A DNA stretch of 62,089 nucleotides from Nemertoderma westbladi (taxonomy: Eukaryota; Animalia; Xenacoelomorpha), in NCBI GenBank assembly GCA_032718475.1, contig JAUCBJ010004684.1:1-62089 (forward strand), written 5' to 3'. The notes beneath the pieces are model-generated. The model did not search any database. It was not told the origin of the DNA and saw only the letters and a list, made by a program, of their open reading frames with translations. A program made the translations under genes and the position numbers. Shown piece by piece: positions 15,001 through 25,000 of this stretch. Within the stretch, counting starts at the first letter, position 1, and each line of letters starts with the position of its first letter.

Positions 15001-15195
15001 ATTATTAGCTGGGTTAGTAAAATTAGCCGGGTTAGTAAATATTAGCTGGTTTAGTAAATCTTAGCTGGGTTAGTAAATATTAGCTGGGTTAGTAAATATT
15101 AGTTGGTTTAGTAATTATTAGCTGGGTTAGTAAAATTAGCTGGGTTAGTAAATATTAGCTGGGTTAGTAAATATTAGCTGGATTAGTAAATATTA
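67..15195 (+). repeat. Satellite 1: 19-bp tandem repeat, consensus AAATATTAGCTGGGTTAGT, about 800 copies; probably intronic in DCAF11
   Basis: Continuous 19-bp periodicity with recurrent variants (CTGGTTTAGT, CTACGTTAGT, AACTTCGAGTTATT, AAAATTAGCCGG). One more degenerate unit lies beyond the LINE at about 17579-17606. Confidence 0.98.
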
Positions 15196-17578
15196 TCTAT
15201 AAATTCCACGGTTATGATCGCAACATTTGAAGGGAATCCCAAAGCAACAGTTATATGTTGCTACAGTCCAACCAATGCCTCAGAGCCAGAACAAGCAGTC
15301 TGAAGAACTGACTGGACTTATAAAGGACATTCCGAAACACAATGTTAAAGTCATTACTGGTGACCTGAATGCGCAAATTGGCCCAGAAGACATCAAGGGT
15401 TACACCTATAACACCAGTTCTAACAGAAATGGGTACTTACTTTTAGACCTAATGGAAGAATGTGAATTGATACCAACAAACAACACATTCGAAAAGAGTA
15501 AGGGGAAGCTATGGACCTTTCAATACCCTAATGGAACCAAAGCCCTTAGCACAACTGGATTACATCCTTATAAACAAAAAGTGGAGAAACAGCATGATCA
15601 ACTGCGAGGCATACAGCTCGTTCAACCTAATTGGTTCGGACCACAAAATTGTGACTGCAGAGATTAGACTCAGTTTGAGAGCCAGCAAACCCAGGACAAG
15701 CAAGCAAATCAAATATGACTGGGAGAAACTCAGAACTGACAATGCTGTAAAGGATGCTTATACAGTAGAAATTCAAAACCGCTTTGAAGCACTTCAGTCA
15801 ATGGATGAAGACCAATCCACCAATTCAATATACCAGAATGTAATAACAGCCCACAAGGAATCAGCTAAGAGGCATATCCCCCAGAAACCCAAACGAAAAC
15901 AGTATGTGCCATGGCAAAACTCTGAGGTTACTTGTAAGAGAGAAGATCTTAAGATAGCATACAAAGTTAAAACCGAACAACCAACAACCGAAAACATTAA
16001 CAAGGTTGAGAAAGCTAAGGACGATCTTAAATTGGCCTACAACATCAGCCAGGAAAAGTACATACATGATAAAACTGAAGCAATTACAACTGCTCACATA
16101 CAGCAACAATCATATATCTGGTCGGAAAAGTTGTGCAAAGCCAAAATCAGTCAAAATCAAAAAATAAGTCAAATCCGATAGTCCTGAAGAACGTGTTGGG
16201 AAGTGGAAAAATCACTTCAGCAACTTGCTAGGGCAGCCACCAAACATCGAGGTCAGCCCTACAAGGAAAATATATGACAAGACACTACCTATAGAAACAG
16301 GGGACTTCACACCTGCCGAACTCCAAAGAAGCATTAAAAGCATGTCCAATAATAAAGCGAGTGGATTAGATGAAATCCCAGCCGGAGGTATGGAAAACCG
16401 GAGTGCTAAACAGACCATGATTGAATTTTTGCAACCGCATGTTAAAAGGGGAAAAGCCACCACCAATTTGGACTAAAGGTCAACTAAAGCCTCTCCCCAA
16501 GAAAGGAGACCTCGGCATACCAACAAACTATCGTGGGATCTGTCTGCTTGTGGTAGCTGCCAAAATATACAATAAAATGATTCTATATAGGATTAGGCTT
16601 AGAGAAACTACTGCGTAAGAGCAAAAACGGATTTCGACCAAGTAGATCAACAATGGTGAAACTGAGTTTTTCTCAATCCTGGCTGGGGTACTGCAAGGTG
16701 ACACATTAGCACCATTACTATTTGTAATTGTGCTGGATTACGCAATGAGGACGGCAACAAAGGGTGAAGACCTGGGATTCACACTTCAAGAACGCAGAAG
16801 TAGTAGATATCCGGCAACTACAGTCACAGACACCGACTTTGCGGATGACATCGCCCTGCTCTTTAATACGCTAGCAGATGCACAGCTTCTACTAAATAAA
16901 GTGGAGAGGGCTGCTAAGGAGGTTGGATTGCATATAAATGCTACAAAGACCGAATTCATGACCTTTAATGTTGAGGGAAACTTGACAACCATTGATAATA
17001 ATCAACTAAGGAAGGTCGATGACTTCCAGTACCTTGGATCATGGATAGAGAGTAGTAAAAAGGACATAGAAGTTAGGAAAGCAAAGGCTTGGGTAGCTCT
17101 ATCAAAAATGGATACCATCTGGAAATCAGATCTCTCCAGGCACCTGAAGAGTAAGTTCTTTCGAGCCACAGTGGAAAGTGTATTTTTATACTGGGGTGAG
17201 ACCTGGACACTAACTAAATTACTTGAACAACGAATTGATGGTTGCTACACAAGACTACTAAGGGCAGCCCTAAACATCAGCTGGAGACAACACATGACAA
17301 ACGCCGAGCTTTATGGTACAATACCATCTGTATCAACCACCCTCCGTGAACGCAGATTAAGATTCAGTGGGCACTGCTGGCGAAGTAAAGACGAGGTCAT
17401 ACCAGATCTACTTTTCTGGCAACCAACTCATGGAAAGCGTAGTCGTGGACGACCGGCCATAACATATATAGATCAACTGGAAAGGGATACTGAACTTGGG
17501 AGAAACGAAATTGCGACAACTATGTAGAATCGGGAAGCCTGGAAGGATCTCATTTCCACTGTCCGAGTAGTAGTAGTA
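15196..17578 (+). mobile_element. 5'-truncated non-LTR retrotransposon (LINE), RTE/RTEX-like, about 2.4 kb, with (AGT)n tail and 16-bp TSD GGATTAGTAAATATTA
   Basis: APE endonuclease motifs (CYSPT, GDLNA, LDYIL, SDH), RT motifs (PKKGD..NYRGI, GVLQGDTLAP, FADDIALL, YLGS) and an RTE-type C-terminus (RLRFSGHCWR, GKRSRGRP). The tail AGTAGTAGTAGTA is at 17566-17578. Identical 16-mers flank the element at 15180-15195 and 17579-17594. Confidence 0.92.
15200..17527 (+). pseudogene. Frameshifted, internally deleted endonuclease/reverse transcriptase ORF of the LINE
   Basis: The protein is split over ORFs 15227-15667, 15531-16181, 16225-16476, 16421-16618 and 16730-17527. NGFRPSRST is joined directly to NGETEFF near 16652, so the usual D-F-x-K-A-F-D RT motif is missing. 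Confidence 0.88.
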
Positions 17579-17604
17579 GGATTAGTAAATATTAGATGGG
17601 TTTG

Positions 17605-17680
17605 TGAAAACAAAACAAATCAAATAAAAATTGAATATAAACGAAATGAAATTTATATTCGTTTCGTTATGCCATCCCTA
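17605..17680 (-). mobile_element. Possible remnant end of a hAT-type MITE
   Basis: It ends in TGCCATCCCTA (reverse complement TAGGGATGGCA, like an Ac-type terminus) and has AAACGAA/TTCGTTTCG subterminal-like motifs. No partner end is visible. Confidence 0.3.
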
Positions 17681-17705
17681 CTTCCTAGGGCTTAACAATA
17701 TATAT

Positions 17706-18232
17706 TTTATTTACTTGCAGGGTTGAAATTTACTTTATTTACTTGTAGGGCTAAAATCTACTTTATTTACTTGCAGGGCTACAATCTACTTTATTTACTT
17801 GCAGGGCTACAATCTACTTTTATTTACTTGCAGGGTTAAAATCTACTTTATTTACTTGCAGGGCTACAATCTGCTTTATTTACTTGCAGGGCTACAATCT
17901 ACTTTATTTACTTGCAGGGCTACAATCTACTTTTATTTACTTGCAGGGTTAAAATCTACTTTATTTACTTGCAGGGTTACAATCTACTTTATTTACTTGC
18001 AGGGCTACAATCTACTTTATTTACTTGCAGGGCTACAATCTACTTTTATTTACTTGCAGGGTTAAAATCTACTTTATTTACTTGCAGGGTTAAAATCTAC
18101 TTTATTTACTTGCAGGGCTACAATCTACTTTGTTTATTTGCAGGGTTAAAATCTACTTTATTTACTTGCAGGGCTAAAATCTACTTTATTTACTTGCGGG
18201 GTTAAAATCTACTTTATTTACTTGCAGGGCTA
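17706..18232 (+). repeat. Minisatellite 2: 28/29-bp unit CTTTATTTACTTGCAGGGCTACAATCTA, about 18-19 copies, each a copy of the 3' splice acceptor
   Basis: Period 28 (for example 17761 and 17789). The last copy TTTATTTACTTGCAG|GGCTAA runs directly into the DCAF11 exon at 18228. Confidence 0.95.
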
Positions 18233-18358
18233 ACGACGGTTGTATTTACGTATACGATCGTTGTCGCAACGAACGCACATTGAAACTGAACGGTCACGAA
18301 GACGATCTAGGTTGCGTTCGATTTGCCGATTCATCAGGACAAATATTCTACTCGGCAG
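18228..18358 (+). CDS. DCAF11: DCAF11/WDR23 internal exon (not in the ORF track): (G)ANDGCIYVYDRCRNERTLKLNGHEDDLGCVRFADSSGQIFYSA(G)
   Basis: My translation from 18229 matches recalled human DCAF11 GANDGCLYVFDREQNRRTLQIESHEDDVNAVAFADISSQILFSGG. Acceptor TGCAG ends at 18227 and donor AG|GTATTT is at 18359. The phase-1 join to the next exon gives GGC (Gly). Confidence 0.92.
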
Positions 18359-18765
18359 GTATTTGTGGTACTGATATTCTAGTCCCGTGATCCGTTTCCA
18401 ATTACCCCATGTACAGAACCGTAATTCACTTCACCAAAGTGGGTAAATTAAACAAGAGCTTAAATCGTAATCGTATTGAATCGAGTAGCTATTGTAACAT
18501 CTTCATTGATAGGGACACTCTGATAAAAAAAATATCTACTTAAAATACATCAGCCTACGTACAATACGTTACCACAATTACTGAAAGAACATTATAGATA
18601 CTGTTAAATATAATAGTACCCCGTAGCCCAGCATTAAATTTACCTTTTTTCATGTCGTATTTCACGCTGATCTCAGGATCCAGGGGTTGACGATTCGTGT
18701 CCTACAATCTAAGTTTAATTTTGGTATCATTAGAATCCCACAGGATTGTTTGTTTGCGTTGCTAG

Positions 18766-19032
18766 GCGACGATGGACTATGCAAGGTATGGGACCGCCGT
18801 ACTATATCGTCGAACAGACCGGAGCCGGTTGGGATTCTGGCGGGCCATTGTGACGGGATTACCTTCCTGGACTCCATGGGGGACGCCCGCCATTTAATAA
18901 CCAACAGTAAAGACCAATCGATAAAACTGTGGGACCTTCGGAAGTTCTCTACTCGGGATGCAGTCCAGTCTACGCGGAGAGTGGTTGCTGGGCAACAGTG
19001 GGACTACCGCTGGGAGGATGTACCCAGACACG
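18766..19032 (+). CDS. DCAF11: DCAF11/WDR23 internal exon: (G)DDGLCKVWDRR...GHCDGITFLDSMGDARHLITNSKDQSIKLWDLRKF...WDYRWEDVPRH
   Basis: Part of ORF 18687-19037, with WD40 repeats and the DCAF11-typical GD.R.LI.NSKDQ.IKLWD.R and WDYRW motifs. Acceptor CTAG ends at 18765 and donor CACG|GTTAGT is at 19033. Confidence 0.95.
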
Positions 19033-22000
19033 GTTAGTAACCTAGGCACATGTAGTAGCTCAGGCACAGATAGTTGTTGAAGCACGGTTAGTAACGCAGA
19101 TCGGTTAGTAACCCAGATCGGTTAGTAACCCGGATCGGTTAGTAACCCAGACCGGTTAGTAACCCAGACCGGTTAGTTATTTGGGTAGTTAATTTGGATA
19201 GTTAATTGGGTAGTAAATAGTATCCCAGATCGGTTAGTAACCCAGATCGGTTAGTAAATAGTAACCCAGATCGGGTAGTAAATAGTATCCCAGATCGGGT
19301 AGTAAATAGTAACCCAGATCGGCAGTAACCCAGATCGGTTAGTAACCCAGATCGGTTAGTAAATAGTAACCCAGATCGGGTAGTAAATAGTAACCCAGGC
19401 CGGTTAGTAACCCAAATAGTTTAGTAACCCAGATCGGGTAGTAAATAGTAACCCAGATCGGGTAGTAAATAGTAACCCAGATCGGTTAGTAACCAGATCG
19501 GTTAGAAAATAGTAACCCAGATCGGGTAGTAAATAGTAACCCAGAGCGGTTAGTAACCCAAATAGTTTAGTAACCCAGATCGGTTCGTAACCCAGATCGG
19601 GTAGTAAATAGTAACCCAGATCGGTTAGTAACCCAAATAGTTTAGTAACCCAGATCGGTTAGTAACCCAGATCGGGTAGTAAATAGTAACCCAGACCGGT
19701 TAGTAATCCAAATAGATTAGTAACACAGATCGGTTAGTAACCCAGATCGGTTAGTAACCCAGATCGGTTAATGACCCAGATCGGTTAGTAACCCAGACTC
19801 GGTTAGTATCCCAGATTGGTTAGTAACCCAGATCGGTTAGTAACCTAAGTCGGTTAGTAACCCAAACAGGTTAGTTAGTAACCATGATCGGTTAGTAACC
19901 CATATCGGTTAGTAAATAGTAACCCTGATCGGGTAGTAAATAGTAACTCGGACCGGTTTAGTAACCAAAATAGGTTAGTAACCCAATCAGTTAGTAACCC
20001 AGACTCGGTTAGTAACCCAGATCGGTTAGTAACCCAGATCGGTTAGTAACCCAGACCGGTTAGTAACCTAGATCTGTTAGTAACACAGATCGGTTAGTAA
20101 CCCAGATCGGGTAGTAACCCAGATCGATTAGTAACCTAGATCTGTTAGTAACACAGATCGGTTAGTAACCCAGATCGGTTAGTAACCCAGATCGGTTAGT
20201 AACCCAGATCGGTTAGTAACCCAGATCGGTTAGTAACCCAGATCGGTTAGTAACCCAGATCGGTTAGTAACCCAGACTCTGTTATGTTAGTAACCTAGAT
20301 CAGTTAGTAACCCAGACTCGGTTAGTAACACAGATCGGTTAGTATCCCAGACTCAGTTAGTAACCCAGATCGGTTAGTAACCTAGATCAGTTAGTAGCAC
20401 AGATCGGTTAGTAGCCCAGACTCGGTTAGTAACCAAGATCGGTTAGTAACCCAAATAGGATAGTAACCTAGATTCAGTTAGTAAGCGAAATAGGTTAGTA
20501 AGCCAAATAGGTTAGTAACCCAAATAGGTTTGTAACCCAAATAGGTTAGTAACCCAAATAGGTTAGTAACCCAAATAGGTTAGTAACCCAAATAGGTTAG
20601 TAACCCAAATAGGTTAGGGGGGACCCAAATAGGTTAGTAAGCCAAATAGGTTAGTAAGCCAAATAGGGTAGTAACCCAAATAGGTTAGTAATCCAAATAG
20701 TTTAGTAACCCAAATAGGTTAGTAAGCCAAATAGGTTAGTAACCCAAATAGGTTAGTAACCCAAATAGGTTAGTAACCCAAATAGGTTAGTAAGCCAAAT
20801 AGGTTAGTAACCCAAATAGGTTATGGGGGACCCAAATACGTTAGTAAGCCAAATAGGTTAGTAAGCCAAATAGGTTAGTAACCGAAATAGGTTAGTAACC
20901 CAAATAGGTTAGTAACCCAAATAGGTTATGGGGGACCCAAATACGTTAGTAAGCCAAATAGGTTAGTAAGCCAAATAGGTTAGTAACCCAAATAGGTTAG
21001 TAAGCCAAATAGGTTAGTAACCCAAATAGGTTAGTAACCCAAATAGGTTAGTAACCCAAATAGGTTAGTAACCCAAATAGGTTATGGGGGACCCAAATAC
21101 GTTAGTAAGCCAAATAGGTTAGTAAGCCAAATAGGTTAGTAACCGAAATAGGTTAGTAACCCAAATAGGTTAGTAACCCAAATAGGTTAGTAACCCAAAT
21201 AGGTTATGGGGGACCCAAATACGTTAGTAACCCAAATAGGTTAGTAAGCCAAATAGGTTAGTAACCCAAATAGGTTAGTAACCCAAATAGGTTAGTAACC
21301 CAAATAGGTTAGGGGGGACCCAAATAGGTTAGTAACCCAAATAGGTTAGTAACCCAAATAGGTTAGTAACCCAAATAGGTTAGTAACCCAAATAGGTTAG
21401 TAACCCAAATAGGTTAGGGGGGACCCAAATAGGTTAGTAACCCAAATAGGTTAGTAACCCAAATAGGTTAGTAACCCAAATAGGTTAGGGGGGACCCAAA
21501 TAGGTTAGTAACCCAAATAGGTTAGTAACCCAAATAGGTTAGTAAGCCAAATAGGTTAGTAACCCAAATAGGTTAGTAACCCAAATAGGTTAGTAACCCA
21601 AATAGGTTAGTAACCCAAATAGGTTATGGGGGACCCAAATACGTTAGTAAGCCAAATAGGTTAGTAACCCAAATAGGTTAGTAACCGAAATAGGTTAGTA
21701 ACCCAAATAGGTTAGTAACCCAAATAGGTTAGTAACCCAAATAGGTTAGTAACCCAAATAGGTTATGGGGGACCCAAATACGTTAGTAACCCAAATAGGT
21801 TAGTAAGCCAAGTAGGTTAGTAACCCAAATAGGTTAGTAACCCAAATAGGTTAGTAACCCAAATAGGTTAGTAACCCAAATAGGTTAGTAACCCAAATAG
21901 GTTAGGGGGGACCCAAATAGGTTAGTAAGCCAAATAGGTTAGTAAGCCAAATAGGTTAGTAACCCAAAAAGGTTAGTAACCCAAATAGGTTAGTAACCCA

Positions 22001-25000
22001 AATAGGTTAGTAACCCAAATAGGTTAGTAACCCAAATAGGTTATGGGGGACCCAAATACGTTAGTAACCCAAATAGGTTAGTAAGCCAAATAGGTTAGTA
22101 ACCCAAATAGGTTAGTAACCCAAATAGGTTAGTAACCCAAATAGGTTAGTAACCCAAATAGGTTAGTAACCCAAATAGGTTAGGGGGGACCCAAATAGGT
22201 TAGTAAGCCAAATAGGTTAGTAAGCCAAATAGGTTAGTAACCCAAAAAGGTTAGTAACCCAAATAGTTTAGTAACCCAAATAGGTTAGTAACCCAAATAG
22301 GTTAGTAACCCAAATTGGGTAGGGGGGACCCAAATAGGTTAGTAACCCAAATAGGTTAGTAACCCAAATAGGTTAGTAAGCCAAATAGGTTAGTAACACA
22401 AATAGGTTAGTAACCCAAATAGGTTAGTAACCCAAATAGGTTAGTAAGCCAAATAGGTTAGTAAAACAAATAGGTTAGTAACCCAAATAGGTTAGTAACC
22501 CAAATAGGTTAGTAACCCAAATAGGTTAGTAAGCCAAATAGGTTAGTAACCCAAATAGGTTCGGTTAGTAAGCCAAATAGGTTAGTAACCCAAATAGGTT
22601 AGGGGGGACCCAAATAGGTTAGTAAGCCAAATAGGTTAGTAACCCAAATAGGTTAGTAACCGAAATAGTTTAGTAACCCAAATAGGTTAGTAAGCCAAAT
22701 AGGTTAGTAACCCAAATAGGTTAGTAACCCAAATAGGTTAGTATCCCAAATAGGTTAGTAACCCAAATAGGTTAGGGGGGACCCAAATAGGTTAGTAACC
22801 CAAATAGGTTAGGGGGGACCCAAATAGGTTAGTAAGCCAAATAGGTTAGTAACCCAAATAGGTTAGTAACCGAAATAGTTTAGTAACCCAAATAGGTTAG
22901 TAAGCCAAATAGGTTAGTAACCCAAATAGGTTAGTAACCCAAATAGGTTAGTATCCCAAATAGTTTAGTAACCCAAATAGGTTAGTAAGCCAAATAGGTT
23001 AGTAACCCAAATAGGTTAGTAACCCAAATAGGTTAGTATCCCAAATAGGTTAGTAACCCAAATAGGTTAGGGGGGACCCAAATAGGTTAGTAAGCCAAAT
23101 AGGTTAGTAACCCAAATAGGTTAGTAACCGAAATAGTTTAGTAACCCAAATAGGTTAGTAAGCCAAATAGGTTAGTAACCCAAATAGGTTAGTAACCCAA
23201 ATAGGTTAGTATCCCAAATAGGTTAGTAACCCAAATAGGTTAGGGGGGACCCAAATAGGTTAGTAAGCCAAATAGGTTAGTAACCCAAATAGGTTAGTAA
23301 CCGAAATAGTTTAGTAACCCAAATAGGTTAGTAAGCCAAATAGGTTAGTAACCCAAATAGGTTAGTAACCCAAATAGGTTAGTATCCCAAATAGTTTAGT
23401 AACCCAAATAGGTTAGTAAGCCAAATAGGTTAGTAACCCAAATAGGTTAGTAACCCAAATAGGTTAGTATCCCAAATAGGTTAGTAACCCAAATAGGTTA
23501 GGGGGGACCCAAATAGGTTAGTAAGCCAAATAGGTTAGTAACCCAAATAGGTTAGTAACCGAAATAGTTTAGTAACCCAAATAGGTTAGTAAGCCAAATA
23601 GGTTAGTAACCCAAATAGGTTAGTAACCCAAATAGGTTAGTATCCCAAATAGGTTAGTAACCCAAATAGGTTAGTAACCCAAATAGTTTAGTAACCCAAA
23701 TAGGTTAGTAAGCCAAATAGGTTAGTAACCCAAATAGGTTAGGGGGGACCCAAATAGGTTAGTAACCCAAATAGGTTAGTAACCCAAATAGGTTAGTAAG
23801 CCAAATAGGTTAGTAACCCAAATAGGTTAGTAACCCAAATAGGTTAGTAACCCAAATAGGTTAGTAACCCAAATAGGTTATGGGGGACCCAAATACGTTA
23901 GTAAGCCAAATAGGTTAGTAAGCCAAATAGGTTAGTAACCGAAATAGGTTAGTAACCCAAATAGGTTAGTAACCCAAATAGGTTAGTAACCCAAATAGGT
24001 TATGGGGGACCCAAATACGTTAGTAACCCAAATAGGTTAGTAAGCCAAATAGGTTAGTAACCCAAATAGGTTAGTAACCCAAATAGGTTAGTAACCCAAA
24101 TAGGTTAGTAACCCAAATAGGTTAGTAACCCAAATAGGTTAGGGGGGACCCAAATAGGTTAGTAAGCCAAATAGGTTAGTAAGCCAAATAGGTTAGTAAC
24201 CCAAAAAGGTTAGTAACCCAAATAGTTTAGTAACCCAAATAGGTTAGTAACCCAAATAGGTTAGTAACCCAAATTGGGTAGGGGGGACCCAAATAGGTTA
24301 GTAACCCAAATAGGTTAGTAACCCAAATAGGTTAGTAAGCCAAATAGGTTAGTAACACAAATAGGTTAGTAAGCCAAATAGGTTAGTAACCCAAATAGGG
24401 GGGACCCAAATAGGTTAGTAACCCAAATAGGTTAGTAACCCAAATAGGTTAGTAAGCCAAATAGGTTAGTAACACAAATAGGTTAGTAACCCAAATATGT
24501 TAGTAACCCAAATAGGTTAGTAAGCCAAATAGGTTAGTAAAACAAATAGGTTAGTAACCCAAATAGGTTAGTAACCCAAATAGGTTAGTAACCCAAATAG
24601 GTTAGTAAGCCAAATAGGTTAGTAACCCAAATAGGTTCGGTTAGTAAGCCAAATAGGTTAGTAACCCAAATAGGTTAGGGGGGACCCAAATAGGTTAGTA
24701 AGCCAAATAGGTTAGTAACCCAAATAGGTTAGTAACCGAAATAGTTTAGTAACCCAAATAGGTTAGTAAGCCAAATAGGTTAGTAACCCAAATAGGTTAG
24801 TAACCCAAATAGGTTAGTATCCCAAATAGGTTAGTAACCCAAATAGTTTAGTAACCCAAATAGGTTAGTAAGCCAAATAGGTTAGTAACCCAAATAGGTT
24901 AGTAACCCAAATAGTTTAGTAACCCAAATAGGTTAGTAACCCAAATAGGTTAGGGGGGACCCAAATAGGTTAGTAACCCAAATAGGTTAGTAACCCAAAT

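Noticed and set aside
15196-17578. RT as a retron, group II intron, telomerase, or the enzyme generating the satellites
   Set aside because: The APE domain, TSD and microsatellite tail define an ordinary LINE. This copy is broken and inserted into a pre-existing repeat unit.
17799-18205. ORFs 17799-18065 and 17912-18205 as genes
   Set aside because: They are translations of the 28-bp minisatellite.
18687-18765. N-terminal extension of ORF 18687 (and the start of ORF 51115)
   Set aside because: DCAF11 similarity begins only after the AG acceptors; the upstream parts are intronic.
18359-18765. Repeat expansion in the short 407-bp intron
   Set aside because: None is seen. This donor and acceptor, and the acceptor at 51124, are unamplified, so the pattern does not affect every junction.
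15560-19085. Minus-strand ORFs over the LINE and over the DCAF11 exon
   Set aside because: They are antisense shadows of + strand coding sequence with no recognisable motifs.
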